Part shown: positions 52,462-62,964 of the stretch, piece by piece
Position numbering within the stretch: the stretch's first letter is position 1
Layout of the letters: each line of letters opens with the position of its first letter
Made by a program: the position numbers and the translations under genes
Assembly: GCF_004010195.1 (NCBI RefSeq)
Contig: NC_057718.1
Location: 54,655,864 to 54,719,863, forward strand
Length of the DNA: 64,000 bases
From: Chiloscyllium plagiosum
Lineage: Eukaryota
Direction of reading: 5' to 3'
Notes under the pieces: generated by a model
The model's database searches: none
The model's input: only the letters and a program-made list of their open reading frames with translations
Told to the model about the DNA's origin: nothing

Positions 52462-53667
52462 AAGGTGCCCCGTGACAGGAAGACAGAGGAAAAAACAAAT
52501 TCATTTGGAATGACAGTGCATACAGGTTAGTCAGAGCCAAAAGGTGTTGTTCATTTACCAGGGCTAAAGAAAAAGTGGCATAGGAGAAAACTGCTTGAAG
52601 ATGATGATATGGAAAATCCATGTGTTTGGTCTGAAAGTATATAAAAGTCATTAAGAAGAAAGCTTCAGAAACCAGAATTGCACCAACTGATAAAGGACTT
52701 TAAAGTAGAAGCAGGGTGAGGTTGGAGTATGTGTAAGGCTGGTGTTGAAGATGAATCTTTTATTTCTGATATTTGCAGTAAGATTGTTTCAAAAGAGTCT
52801 TGCACAGGGTAGAACAGTTTTGTGTTGCTTCCATTTTGTGTGCAATGAACTTTGATGTTATCTGTTAAAGGCACAGTGGCAGTCTCTTATCAATATATTT
52901 AGTAACTGACCATGGCAAACAAATCGCAGGAATTAAATTTATAGTCAATCAAGCCAGGTTTCAGTTTGAGATCAAACTTGTCCAGTATAGCCATTGTTAT
53001 CCTCAGAAAATAATGTGAAAGTACTACAAACAATAAAAACATCATATGAGTGATCCTAGAAAGTAAAGTGTTGAAGGTATAAAATTCATTTACATGTAAG
53101 TTTTATTGGAATCGGTTAATTCTACAGGGACAATAGTGTGATTATTTTTTTCTGAATTTCATTGGCTAGATTTTGTGTCTACCATCAAAACAATGGTGTT
53201 TGCCACTTTCCTTGAAGAAAGCTAAAGTCAGTCTGCAAGTTGCAAGTCTATTTGTGTGGAAGTCTGAATACAATGCAGAACAAACAAAGCAGCTACAAGT
53301 GCAGGGAATATTTATAAGTCTGGACTTGGCAAGGAATTTCTCTAATTCTCAGATGATTGAGGGGAGCACAGCAAAGGTAATTAGCAAAGGTGTTTTCCTT
53401 AAGGTGGGGGATTTCAAAGCTAGGTGGCTTTTTTTAACATGAGAGAAGACCTTTCTTCTTATTGACCATTATGTACTTTCAGACCAAACACATGGATTTT
53501 CCATATCGTCATGTTTAAGCAGTTTGCTGCTATGCCACTTTTTCATTAGCCCTGATGTTTATGGAGCCTGCTAAATCAACAGCACCTTTTGGCTCTGACT
53601 AGCCTGTATGCACTGCCACTCTAAATGAATTAGTTTATTCCTCTATCTTCCTGTCATGGGGCACCTT
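52462..53667. repeat. Inverted repeat, ~200-bp arms (52462-52662 / 53451-53667)
   Basis: By-eye alignment roughly 85-90% identical with one ~16-bp indel. Confidence 0.9.
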
Positions 53668-54070
53668 TTGAAAAAGAAAAGAGGTGACATTCTTACACAG
53701 TGTGGCTAATGTATGGAATAACTGCCAGAGGAAATGATGGATACAAGTACAGTTACAACATTTAAAAGATATTTGGATAAGTACTTGAACAGGAAAGGTT
53801 TGGAAGGATATGGGCCAAACACAGGCAAGTGGAACGAGTTTAGTTTGGGACATCTGGTCAGCATGGACTACAGGGTAACCTCAATAATCTGAAATGACAC
53901 AGGCGAGGAGTATTTTGTTTGGATAATCGACATTCGGATAACACAGTTTAACCAAGCATTAAAACCTTGAGATCTTGTTCGGATAATCTTAATTCGGATA
54001 ATCAATGTTTGGATAACCGAGGTTGTTCTGTAGCTAGACCGAAGGGCCTGTTCCCATGCCCTATGACTCA
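53370..54070 (+). mobile_element. CR1-like 3' end interrupted by an inverted local copy (53451-53667) and a MITE
   Basis: CR1 tail sequence continues across both insertions. Confidence 0.72.
53871..54030. mobile_element. Tc1/mariner (Tigger-like) MITE
   Basis: TA|cagggtaacctcaataatc ... ggataaccgaggttgttctg|TA; internal ttcggataatc repeats. Confidence 0.7.
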
Positions 54071-54077
54071 TAACTAG

Positions 54078-54817
54078 AAGCTGAGAAGTGGCAGATGGAG
54101 TTTACTTCAGGTAAATGCGAGGTGCTGCATTTTGGGAAAGCAAATCTTTGCAGGACTTATGGATGCTGCCTGACCTGCTGTGCTGTTCCAGCAATAAAGT
54201 TTCAACTTTAATCTCCAGCATCTGCAGACTCACTTTCTCCTACAGGAGTTGAAGAGTCATGTTGCGGCTGTACAGGAAATTGGTTAGGCCTCTGTTAGAA
54301 TATTGCGTGCAATTCTGGTCTCCTTCCTACCGGAAAGATGTTGTGAAACTTGAAAGGGTTCAGAAAAGACTGACAAGGATGTTGCCAGGGTTGGAGGATT
54401 TGAGCTATAGGGAGAGGCTGAACAGGCTGAGGCTGTTTCCTCTGGAGCATTGGAGGCTGAGGGGTGACCTTATAATTTACAAAATTATGAGGGGCATGGA
54501 TAGGGTAAATAGGCAAAGTCTTTTTCTTGGGTTGGGGAGTCCAGAACTAGAGGGCATTGGTTTAGGGTGAAGGGGGAAAAAATATAAAAGAGACCTAAGG
54601 GGCAATGCAGAAGGTGGTACGTGTATGGAATGAGCTGCTAGAGGAAGTTGTGGAGGCTGCAACATTTAAGAGGCATTTGGATGGGTATATGAATAGGAAG
54701 GGTTCGGAGGGACATGGGCCGGGTCCTGGCAGGTGGGACTAGATTGGGTTGGGATATCTGGTCAGCATGGATGGGTTGGACCGAAGGGTCTGTTCCCATC
54801 CTGTACATCTCTATGAG
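54078..54817 (+). mobile_element. CR1-like LINE 3' part with a family-B PLE tail fragment at ~54159-54240
   Basis: ORF LVRPLLEYCVQFWSPSYRKDVVKLERVQKR; inserted ggatgctgcctgacctgctgtgctgttccagcaataaagtttcaac. Confidence 0.88.
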
Positions 54818-54849
54818 GGGCATCTGTAGGGTAAATAGACAGGGTCAAG

Positions 54850-55750
54850 ATTAGAGTAGTGCTGGAAAAGCACACCAGGTCAGGAAGCATCTGAGCAGGA
54901 AAATCAACGTTTCAGGTAAAAGCCTGGGAGCCTCAGGGGTGATGAGATAAATGGGAGGGGGGTTGGACTGGGGAGAAGGTGCAATAGGTGAGGTGGATGG
55001 AGGTGGGGGTGAAGGTGATAGGTCGGTCAGATAGGTGGAGCAGATAGGTGGGAAGGAAGGTTGACAGGTGGGACAGGTCATGCGGACTGTGCTCAGCTGG
55101 AAGTTGGAACTGGGGTAAGGTGGGTGGAGTGGAAATGAGCAAACTGGTGAAGTCTACATTGATGCCATGGGATTGAAGGGTCCTGAGACGGAAAATGAGA
55201 CATTGTTCCTCCAGGCGTCAGGTGGTAAGGAAGTGACGGTGGAGGCTGCCCTGGACCTGCATGTCCTCGGCAGAGTGGGAAGGGGGAGTTGTAGTGTTTG
55301 GCCATGGGGCAGTGGGGTTCATTGGTATGGGTGTCCTGGAGATGTTCTCTGAAGCGCTCTGCCAGAAGTCACACTGTCTCCCCAATGTAGAGGAGACGAC
55401 ATTGGGAGCAACGGATACAATAAATGACGTGTGGAAGTGCAGGTGAAACTTCGGTGGATGTGAGCGGGGAGGGGTGGGTGCAGGTTTTGCAATTCCTGTG
55501 GTGGCAGGGGAAGGTACCAGGAGGGGAAGGTGGGTTGTTTGGGGTAGGCGGGGATGGACCTGACCAGGTAGTCGCAGAGGGAACAGTCTTTGCAGAAAGC
55601 GAACAGGGGTGGGGAGGAAAATATATCCCTGGTGGTGGGATCCGTTTGGAGGTGGCCGAAATGTCGGTGGATGATGCGATTTATGCAGAGGTTGGTGGGG
55701 TGGAAGGTGAGGACCAGGGGTGGTTGGTGGGGGTGGAAGGTGAGGACCAG
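54850..55750 (-). mobile_element. PLE 3' fragment (family B, Neptune-like): Cys linker, GIY-YIG, pseudo-LTR
   Basis: Minus-strand peptides PGTFPCHHRNCKTCTH, VIYCIRCSQCRLLYIGET, RLEEQCLIFRLRTLQSHGINVDFTS; terminus matches family-B small elements. Confidence 0.85.
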
Positions 55751-56085
55751 GTCTTTCCCTTGGGGTGGTGGGAATCCAGAACTAGAGTGACACTTGGTCT
55801 CATCTTTACGGAGAGAAGGGAAAGATTTAAAAGGGACCTAAGGGATACTTTTAATGCACAGGATGGTGCATGACTGGATTGAGCTGCCAAAGGAAGTGGA
55901 GGCGGCTGGTACAATTACAACATTTAAAAAAGGCATCTGGATGGGTGTATGAATAGGAAGGGTTTAGAGGAATATGGGCCAAGTGCAGGCAAATGGGACT
56001 AGATTAATTTAGGATATCTGGTCAGTATGGATGAGTTGGACTGAAGGGTCTGTTTGTGTTATACATCTCTATGACTCTGACTCTA
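55750..56085 (+). mobile_element. CR1-like 3' tail, continuation of 54818-54848 across the PLE insertion
   Basis: aatccagaactagag.., aggcggctggtacaattacaacatttaaaa.., tail atctctatgactctgactct. Confidence 0.82.
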
Positions 56086-56284
56086 GTCCAAGTAACTTCC
56101 ATGCTAACTACAAAATCCTATATTACTTTGCCTAGTTTGGAATAACTTTAGCAAAGGAATGTGAAAAGTCCATTTTTTTAAGTATTATTTTACTGTAGCC
56201 ATCCATCTCTTTCTCTCCCACCTAACCCTTCCATTCCCAAGCTGCTCTCAAAAGAATGTCATTGTCACGTTTGTGACAACAAAC

Positions 56285-56442
56285 CTTGACATTTCTATAT
56301 CTCCACCGGCATATTGCTGCAGCTTGCGCAGTTCTGGCTGTAGAAAGTTGTCCAACAGATAGTATGCAAAGTTGATCTCCTCGGGAGAAGCCACATGCCA
56401 CTGAATTCCTAACTTCCACAGGTTTCCAGGTCTTCCCCAATC
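56285..56442 (-). CDS. PSME4: PSME4 coding exon 6/24 (158 nt)
   Basis: ttgtag|[52 protein letters not shown]+AG|gtttgt. Confidence 0.96.
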
Positions 56443-56634
56443 CTACAAACATGTTTTGGTGAAAGGGAGAGATGGAGTGATAAAATGTACATTGTGTAAA
56501 TTCAATGACTCAGTAAAGACATTCAAATTGATCAATACAATACATATATGCAATGTTGTATTTTGCTGTGGTATAATCAAAAATAAAACTAGATGGATAC
56601 ATCTTTATCATATTTTTAAATTATGAATGTATAC

Positions 56635-56850
56635 CTTAATTGGCAAGTACTCTGTGAAAGCTTTATCAAAACCACCTGGCACACTGCAGTACTCTGTCGG
56701 ATAGATTAGTGTAGTTGAACGAAGTAGATGATGCAACAGGTTTCCAGCGAGAATATATCCCTGCTTACATTTCAGGTGCAATGTTCTTTGTAGAATCTTT
56801 ATAAGTTGGTCCTTGTAAGGTAGCAACTTATCACCATCTACACGTGTTAT
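56635..56850 (-). CDS. PSME4: PSME4 coding exon 5/24 (216 nt)
   Basis: tttcag|[72 protein letters not shown]|gtatac. Confidence 0.97.
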
Positions 56851-57288
56851 CTGAAAAAAGTAACCGTCTATCTTGAAGCCATGTAAATTCAAAATGACTT
56901 TTAATTTTCCAAATTAAAGTTAAGAACATTTAACTAATATTTATGCTTTTGACTATGTTCTCTTCCATTTTGGTTCCAAGTTACCCAGATAGCTAGTCTT
57001 GATATACTCATCACATGATAGAACATCTGGTAATACTAAATTATAACACATAATGGGAGCCCAAGTTCAGTTCCTACATTTTCGGAACTCGACTTTATGA
57101 AAGGGAGTTAACAAAAAAGTCCAAACAAAGTGTCAGATGAGGGGCTCTAAAACAGAACCAACCGAAAGAGAGAAGCAAAAAAAAAATTTTTTAATACTGT
57201 CATGAATGTAACACAGGACAATTACCATTATCTTCTTTGAGATACGTTTCTTCACCTCTACAGGTTATGATTCATTTTTAATATTTAC

Positions 57289-57356
57289 CTCGGATAACAA
57301 TTGGAGATTCCAAAGTAGTTCCTTATCTAACTCCTGTTCCTGGAACACATCATCAT
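57289..57356 (-). CDS. PSME4: PSME4 coding exon 4/24 (68 nt)
   Basis: ttgtag|(N)DDVFQEQELDKELLWNLQLLSE|gtaaat. Confidence 0.95.
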
Positions 57357-57616
57357 CTACAAAGAACAAAAATGTGTTACATGTTTCATATTTTATAAAG
57401 CCCCCTCCCAAACAACAGATTTACATTCAATCAAACTCTCAAGGCAGATGAGAAAAGCAATGTGGTAAGATTTAGACCATCTTTCCAGGAAAAAAAGCCC
57501 TTTAATTTCTCCAACAGATGGTCCAAGTTCTTAAGATTTTGTTCTGCTTCCATTATCATTGCAAGGAGGTGCAGTTCATTTTTCTCATTTCTAGAATGCA
57601 TGTATGTCTTCACACC

Positions 57617-57652
57617 ATTCCTGAAGAAGGGCCTGTGCCCGAAACGTCGAAT
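57617..57652 (+). ncRNA. Minimal type-I hammerhead ribozyme motif, canonical GUC site
   Basis: ATTC-CTGAAGA-A-GGGC ctgt GCCC-GAA-ACGT-C-GAAT; perfect 4-bp stem I and stem II; predicted cleavage after C57648. Confidence 0.8.
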
Positions 57653-57744
57653 CTCCTGTTCCCTGGATGCTGCCTGACCTGCTGTGCTGTTCCAGCAATA
57701 AAGTTTCAACTTTGATCTCCAGCATCTGCAGACCTCACTTTCTC
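57618..57744 (+). mobile_element. 127-bp solo PLE pseudo-LTR (family B) beginning with a hammerhead
   Basis: TSD cttcacacca (57608-57617, 57745-57754). Confidence 0.85.
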
Positions 57745-58069
57745 CTTCACACCACATATCTCAATAGCGATTTGTGTCTGACTACTTCTAGCAGTCCTGT
57801 TAGCCTGTCAATGCCCTCTTAGCCTTCTAGGATATTGTAAGCTGTTATGAGACCTCAACTTATGCCAGATAATTTTTCGGTTATCTTTTTACTCCCACGT
57901 TCAGATTTCAGGTGAAAAGCAACAGTCTCACCAGACACTACCAAAAGAGTACACATATCTTTACACTCTAGAAAACAGCCATGCACCCTTATCTTTTGTT
58001 TTCTAGCCTCAAACCAATTTTGTGTCATATTTTCCCTAATTCAACAGTCCAAACTAGATCTTTGCTAGA

Positions 58070-58406
58070 GACGGCACGATGGCACAGTGGTTAGCACTGC
58101 TGCCTCACAGCGCCAGAGACCCGGGTTCAATTCCCGCCTCAGGCAACTGTCTGTGTGGAGTTTGCACGTTCTCCCCGTGTCTGAGTGGGTTTCCTCCGGG
58201 TGCTTCGGTTTCCTCCCACGGTCCAAAAGTGTGCAGGTTAGATGCATTGGCCATGCTAAAATTGCCCGCAGTGTTAGGTGAAGGGGTAAGTGTAGGGGAA
58301 TGGGTCTGGGTGGGTTGCTCTTCGGAGGATCAGTGTGGACTTGTTGGGCCGAAGGGCCTGCATCCACACTGTAAGTGATCTAATCTAATCTAACTAATCT
58401 AATCTA
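58070..58406 (+). mobile_element. HE1-type V-SINE, full length
   Basis: A/B boxes, V-domain, (TCTAA)n tail. Confidence 0.9.
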
Positions 58407-58929
58407 AAGCTCTCTCTGATTGCTTGGAAAAGCATTTAAAAGCTAAAGAACCAAACCCACACCACTTTTTCACATGTCCTTTCTGTACATTTTTCTCAGA
58501 AATTTGATTCGTTTAGGCACAGCCTTCCATTTATGAAACAATTTTGAAAAACTTGGATCAATTCAGATACCTGATATCAACAGACAAGGTATAATCATAT
58601 TTACACGTATGTAAACATATTTGGTATCACATCCTTCCATTCTGAAATTTGTTGCCGTAATATATTAGCCACTCCAGTTTCTAATCATGTGTTGCTGCCC
58701 AGGGTATATGGTCGCACAAACTTTACAGACCAGACAGTTAGAAGAAACAAAATTTGTGCGCACAATTTAATGGACATTACCTAACATTGTGGCATACTTA
58801 TTTTAGAAAGAGAGACACAGCTGACGATTTATTCTGATATCACATGCTTATTAGAGGACACCTCACCTGGTGTTTAAGCACCTGTCAACTTTTTTTAAAA
58901 AAAAAAGAAAAACGTCTTTAAATCATGTG

Positions 58930-59135
58930 GATGCTAGAAAACAGAAAATGCTGGGAAAACTCAGCAGGTCTGGCAGCATCTGTGATGAAAAAGCAGAGTT
59001 AATATTTCGGGTGCAGTGATGCTTCTTCAGAAAACTTTAAGGAGAACCATTGGAACAGAAATGTTAACTATGCTTTCTCTCTAAAGATGCTGCTAGACCT
59101 GCTGAATTTTCCCAGCAATTTCTGATTTTGTTGCT
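58930..59135. mobile_element. Old fold-back PLE pseudo-LTR element
   Basis: cagaaaatgctgggaaaactcagcaggtctggcagcatc versus gatgctgctagacctgctgaattttcccagcaatttctg; decayed CTGAAGA..GAAA at the centre. Confidence 0.7.
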
Positions 59136-59965
59136 TTAAAGATTTATCTGGTTTCCTGGACAATACGTTGATCAGACCAATCTTTGACTTACTCAAAGAG
59201 AGGTACTTTTTCCATTTAAAAAAGGTCCGGTTTTGGACAAAGGAAGTCCATTCTTAGAGCAATAAGAAATTGCTGAAAATAATTAGAAATTCTGATGTAA
59301 ATAGGATACTGAGCTTTGTGTAGCCAAATGGATTGGTGTCCTTCCACAACACCCATTATCATTGCAATACTTAGAAATTTCAGCTCTTTAAACTTAGAGG
59401 GTTCGGTATTTACTTATACAGTGGAGCATACTAAAGTTTTAAATCAATGTGAAAAAAAAAAACTATAAAATTAAAACAAATAAGTAAAAAGGATGGTAAG
59501 ACAGCAAACATAATTTTAAACTATAATGTTAAGACTAGAAATGACACCCAGTCTGATGTTGAACAACTTTAATAATTCAATTTAAGGACTTAGTACTGTC
59601 ATCACAATATGAACTGAAGTCTTGAGAACATTGAAAAACAAGAAGTGGAATTGTTTGGTCCTACTAGGTTTGGAATAGTTAATATATTCACTTAACATTG
59701 GAATAATGATGCCTCGTACATTGAAAATAAGGGAATGAATTATACCAAAGATACTGCAAACACCTATGCACATCTGAATTGACATCTCGCCCTCATGCAA
59801 GTTGAAACAACTTGCACTGAAAACTCAGCATAATCTTTATCCAGCATCCTCCTTCCAAATATAAATTCGTTCTGAACAACTTCTCAGCACTTTAAGATAC
59901 ACGTTCAAATTCATAATTACCACATAATTAGTGTCATCGACTTGCAGTAAAACGTTAATACTTAC

Positions 59966-60035
59966 TGATAGTTAGTTGGGCTATTACATTGCAGCAATGT
60001 GGTACAAATCGCTTTAGAGCGGCTGCAGGACGACA
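59966..60035 (-). CDS. PSME4: PSME4 coding exon 3/24 (70 nt)
   Basis: ttccag|CRPAAALKRFVPHCCNVIAQLTI+A|gtaagt. Confidence 0.94.
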
Positions 60036-60693
60036 CTGGAAAGTAAATAAGAAAATTAACTGCATTTCAGAGATGTCAAAGCAAGCGTTTTTTATTGCAG
60101 TTTTCAAGTGCAGTTAATAGCAAACATTCAGTATTTCTCCAATCTCTCATTCATGCAATTCAATCTTATTCCAGTAAAAGCAGACCATTTTGCAAACTTT
60201 CATAAATATTACAGATAGCTGCTACAATGATGCATCATTTGTCTAAATGGAGCAATTACAAAGGCCATCCAGATCTTCCATGGCACTACCATTTCAACAA
60301 CACAATGTCTTTCTAGAGAAAGTGAATGTTACTTAGATGCAGCATTCATTATTGCAGCCGAAATCATACAATATATTTTCAGACAAATGGTACAGAGGCA
60401 CTCTTACAAAGCTGGGTCAGGATTATAACAACAGCTTTCGTTAAAGCCAACAGAGAGCAAGAAATCGAGTAACTATTAGCTTGTACAATTGAATGATTGA
60501 TACCCCATCCCCTCCTGGAGTAGATGCACGACCATGTCAAAAAGCAGGGCTTGTCAATCAGAAACTGATGCAAAGCGCTGCATTTTCAAAAAAACATGTT
60601 GCACTGTATGAAGGTGACCATAATTTAAATGATTTCTAGATGAAATCAATTTGCAATCCCTTATCTATTACAACAATTCTAATAATTACAAAC

Positions 60694-60792
60694 CTTAGAA
60701 GCTGCCCGACACATGTCTGCCACCATTCTGCCAGCAACACGGGTTTCAAAAATATTGGTTGTAGCAAAGTTAAACACCTTATCCAAAGCAAC
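60694..60792 (-). CDS. PSME4: PSME4 coding exon 2/24 (99 nt)
   Basis: ttgtag|[33 protein letters not shown]|gtttgt. Confidence 0.96.
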
Positions 60793-61628
60793 CTACAATT
60801 AAATAGGATAAACCGATTACAACATTAGATACGCTTGTTCTGCTAAAACAAGTTATCTTTTCCTTTGTTACCTTCTACTCTTCCAGAAAGTATGATAAGA
60901 ACCAGCATGGTTTTAAGAAAACTAGCATAGTTACACTGAGTGTTCTTGCTGATTTGCGCATAAAATGCTCAGATTATCTCACACTGGCATATACTAGCTT
61001 TATATTTATAGTTAATCAAAACTAATGGTCATAAATACTGTAATAAACTGGAGTGCATCTGGGACATTAAAAACATCTCTATGTTGGTGCCACTTGGGCA
61101 AAAACAGGCAGGTGATTCATGAAACCAACGTCACCTCAATCTTTTCTGTTGAGCATGACCTTTTATTTCAATGAGGCACTGTAACTTATTTGGCAATTGT
61201 TGACAAGAACTAGTGCACAAACCATGCTCCCAACTTCAAATACTCAATTTAGTGCCTTTGCTTTTTTTGCCAATTGCAAAACACATTCAGATCATAATTA
61301 GAATTTTTTCAAACTAGAAAGTAATTATTTTAATGAAGGCCTTGAGGGCGCAAGCATCATATAAAATTGAGATTTTCCAACCACATAGAACTAAGTTTAT
61401 TTCTGCAACAAAACTAAATTTACATTATAACTAAACTAATAAGTTTTGTTGCTAAATAGCATTGTAACTATATATCTAGTTGTTGCTTCATAGATAATCT
61501 TCTACATTAAGGACAGCAAGAGAAACAAAGCTCTGGGTGAAAGCAAAAAATTTTTAGAAACCACAATACAACACTTCCTTCTAATAGATTTACAGATAAC
61601 TAACTAGGTATGATTGGAATCAATATAC

Positions 61629-61779
61629 CAGAAAAATCTCTTTGGAGCACTGTGTGAGAACTGTACTAAACGTTGAAGAGAGTCCCAATTCCACCAAGCT
61701 TTCCAAATGAGTCATCTTCTCAGTTTCTGTCTCTTCTCTTGTTTGTTCCAGTGTACTAATTTCAATCAAAGCAAAACAT
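61629..61779 (-). CDS. PSME4: PSME4 coding exon 1 of 24 in window (151 nt)
   Basis: tttag|A TGT TTT..; (R)[50 protein letters not shown]|gtatat. Confidence 0.96.
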
Positions 61780-62037
61780 CTAAACCCAAACAAAACAGAT
61801 GTAAGTACACTAAAGTATTCAGCCATTCAATTCTCTATACACTGAAGAAAATGAATCTTTTGGTTAATCACTCCAGTAGAAAAACAGCTCAAATGGAGTT
61901 TAATCAAATCAAAATTGTATGACTGAGACTTGGAAACTATGGAAACATGATGCAGTAAAAACAAAAACTGCAAGAGACAGATGATACTTATCCTTAATTG
62001 TTTAGAAACATGGAAAGTGACTTCATACAGTGAATCT

Positions 62038-62351
62038 CAGAATTCCTACAGTGCAGAAAAAGGCCATTTGGTCCTCCTAAGAGCATCCCACCCATACCCA
62101 GCATGCTACCCTATTCCCATAACCTCACATCACCGTGGCTAACCACCTATCCTGCACATCACTGGACACAGATAATTTAGCATGGCCAATCCACCTAAAC
62201 TGCATGTTTGGACAGTAGTACGAAACCACAGAACCATTAGAAACCCACACAGATACAGGGAAATTGTGCAAACCCCACACACAGACAGTTGCACACACTG
62301 GTCCCTGGCGCTGTGATAAGCAGTGCTATCCAGTGAGCCATCGTGCCACCC
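62038..62351 (-). mobile_element. HE1-type V-SINE (old, degenerate)
   Basis: Homologous to 24048-24376. Confidence 0.75.
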
Positions 62352-62423
62352 TATTTTGGGAGGCAGTGATTCTCATGCAGAGGGTCACTGAATACTGGAG
62401 TATGTTGACTTTAGGGATAAATT

Positions 62424-62735
62424 GTGGGCGGCACGGTGGCACAGTGGTTAGCACTGTTGCCTCGCAGCGCCAGAGACCCGGGTTCAATTCCCGCCTCAGG
62501 CGACTGACTGTGTGGAGTTTGCACGTTCTCCCCGTGTCTGCGTGGGTTTCCTCCGGGTGCTCCGGTTTCCTCCCACAGTCACAAAGATGTGCAGGGCCAG
62601 CTAAATTGGCCAAACTAAATTGCCCATAGTGTTAGGTAAGGGGTAAATGTAGGGGTATGGGTGGGTTCGCTTCGGCGGGTCGGTGTGGACTTGTTGGGCC
62701 GAAGGGCCTGTTTCCACACTGCAATGTAATCTAAA
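62424..62735 (+). mobile_element. HE1-type V-SINE, young, full length
   Basis: A/B boxes, V-domain, CR1-like tail. Confidence 0.92.
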
Positions 62736-62964
62736 TTCATAAAGGATCACCAAACATGAAATGCTAACTTCTCGTTTCTTGCTTGACAGTTGCTGTCAGA
62801 TTTAAAAGTACTATGCTATTTTTATTACATATCCATTGGTCTTTGCTCCAGCTGCTTAAAATATTTGAATAAATCAGGACAAGCCTGATTATCTGGAAAG
62901 TCAACATATTCCTATCCAAGAAATTGTTTTGACTTTAAGTGACAACCCACTTGGACTTTGTTTT

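Larger units (their letters stand above)
4936..61779 (-). other. PSME4: PSME4 (proteasome activator complex subunit 4, PA200) gene, internal part: 24 coding exons
   Basis: Spliced translation gives an uninterrupted ~878-aa stretch colinear with vertebrate PA200 as I recall it ([27 protein letters not shown] ... [12 protein letters not shown]). All acceptors AG, donors GT except one GC, and phases match at every junction. Confidence 0.97.

Noticed and set aside
62736..62830. Possible very old pLTR/hammerhead remnant
   Set aside because: Core motif not recognisable; too degenerate to support.
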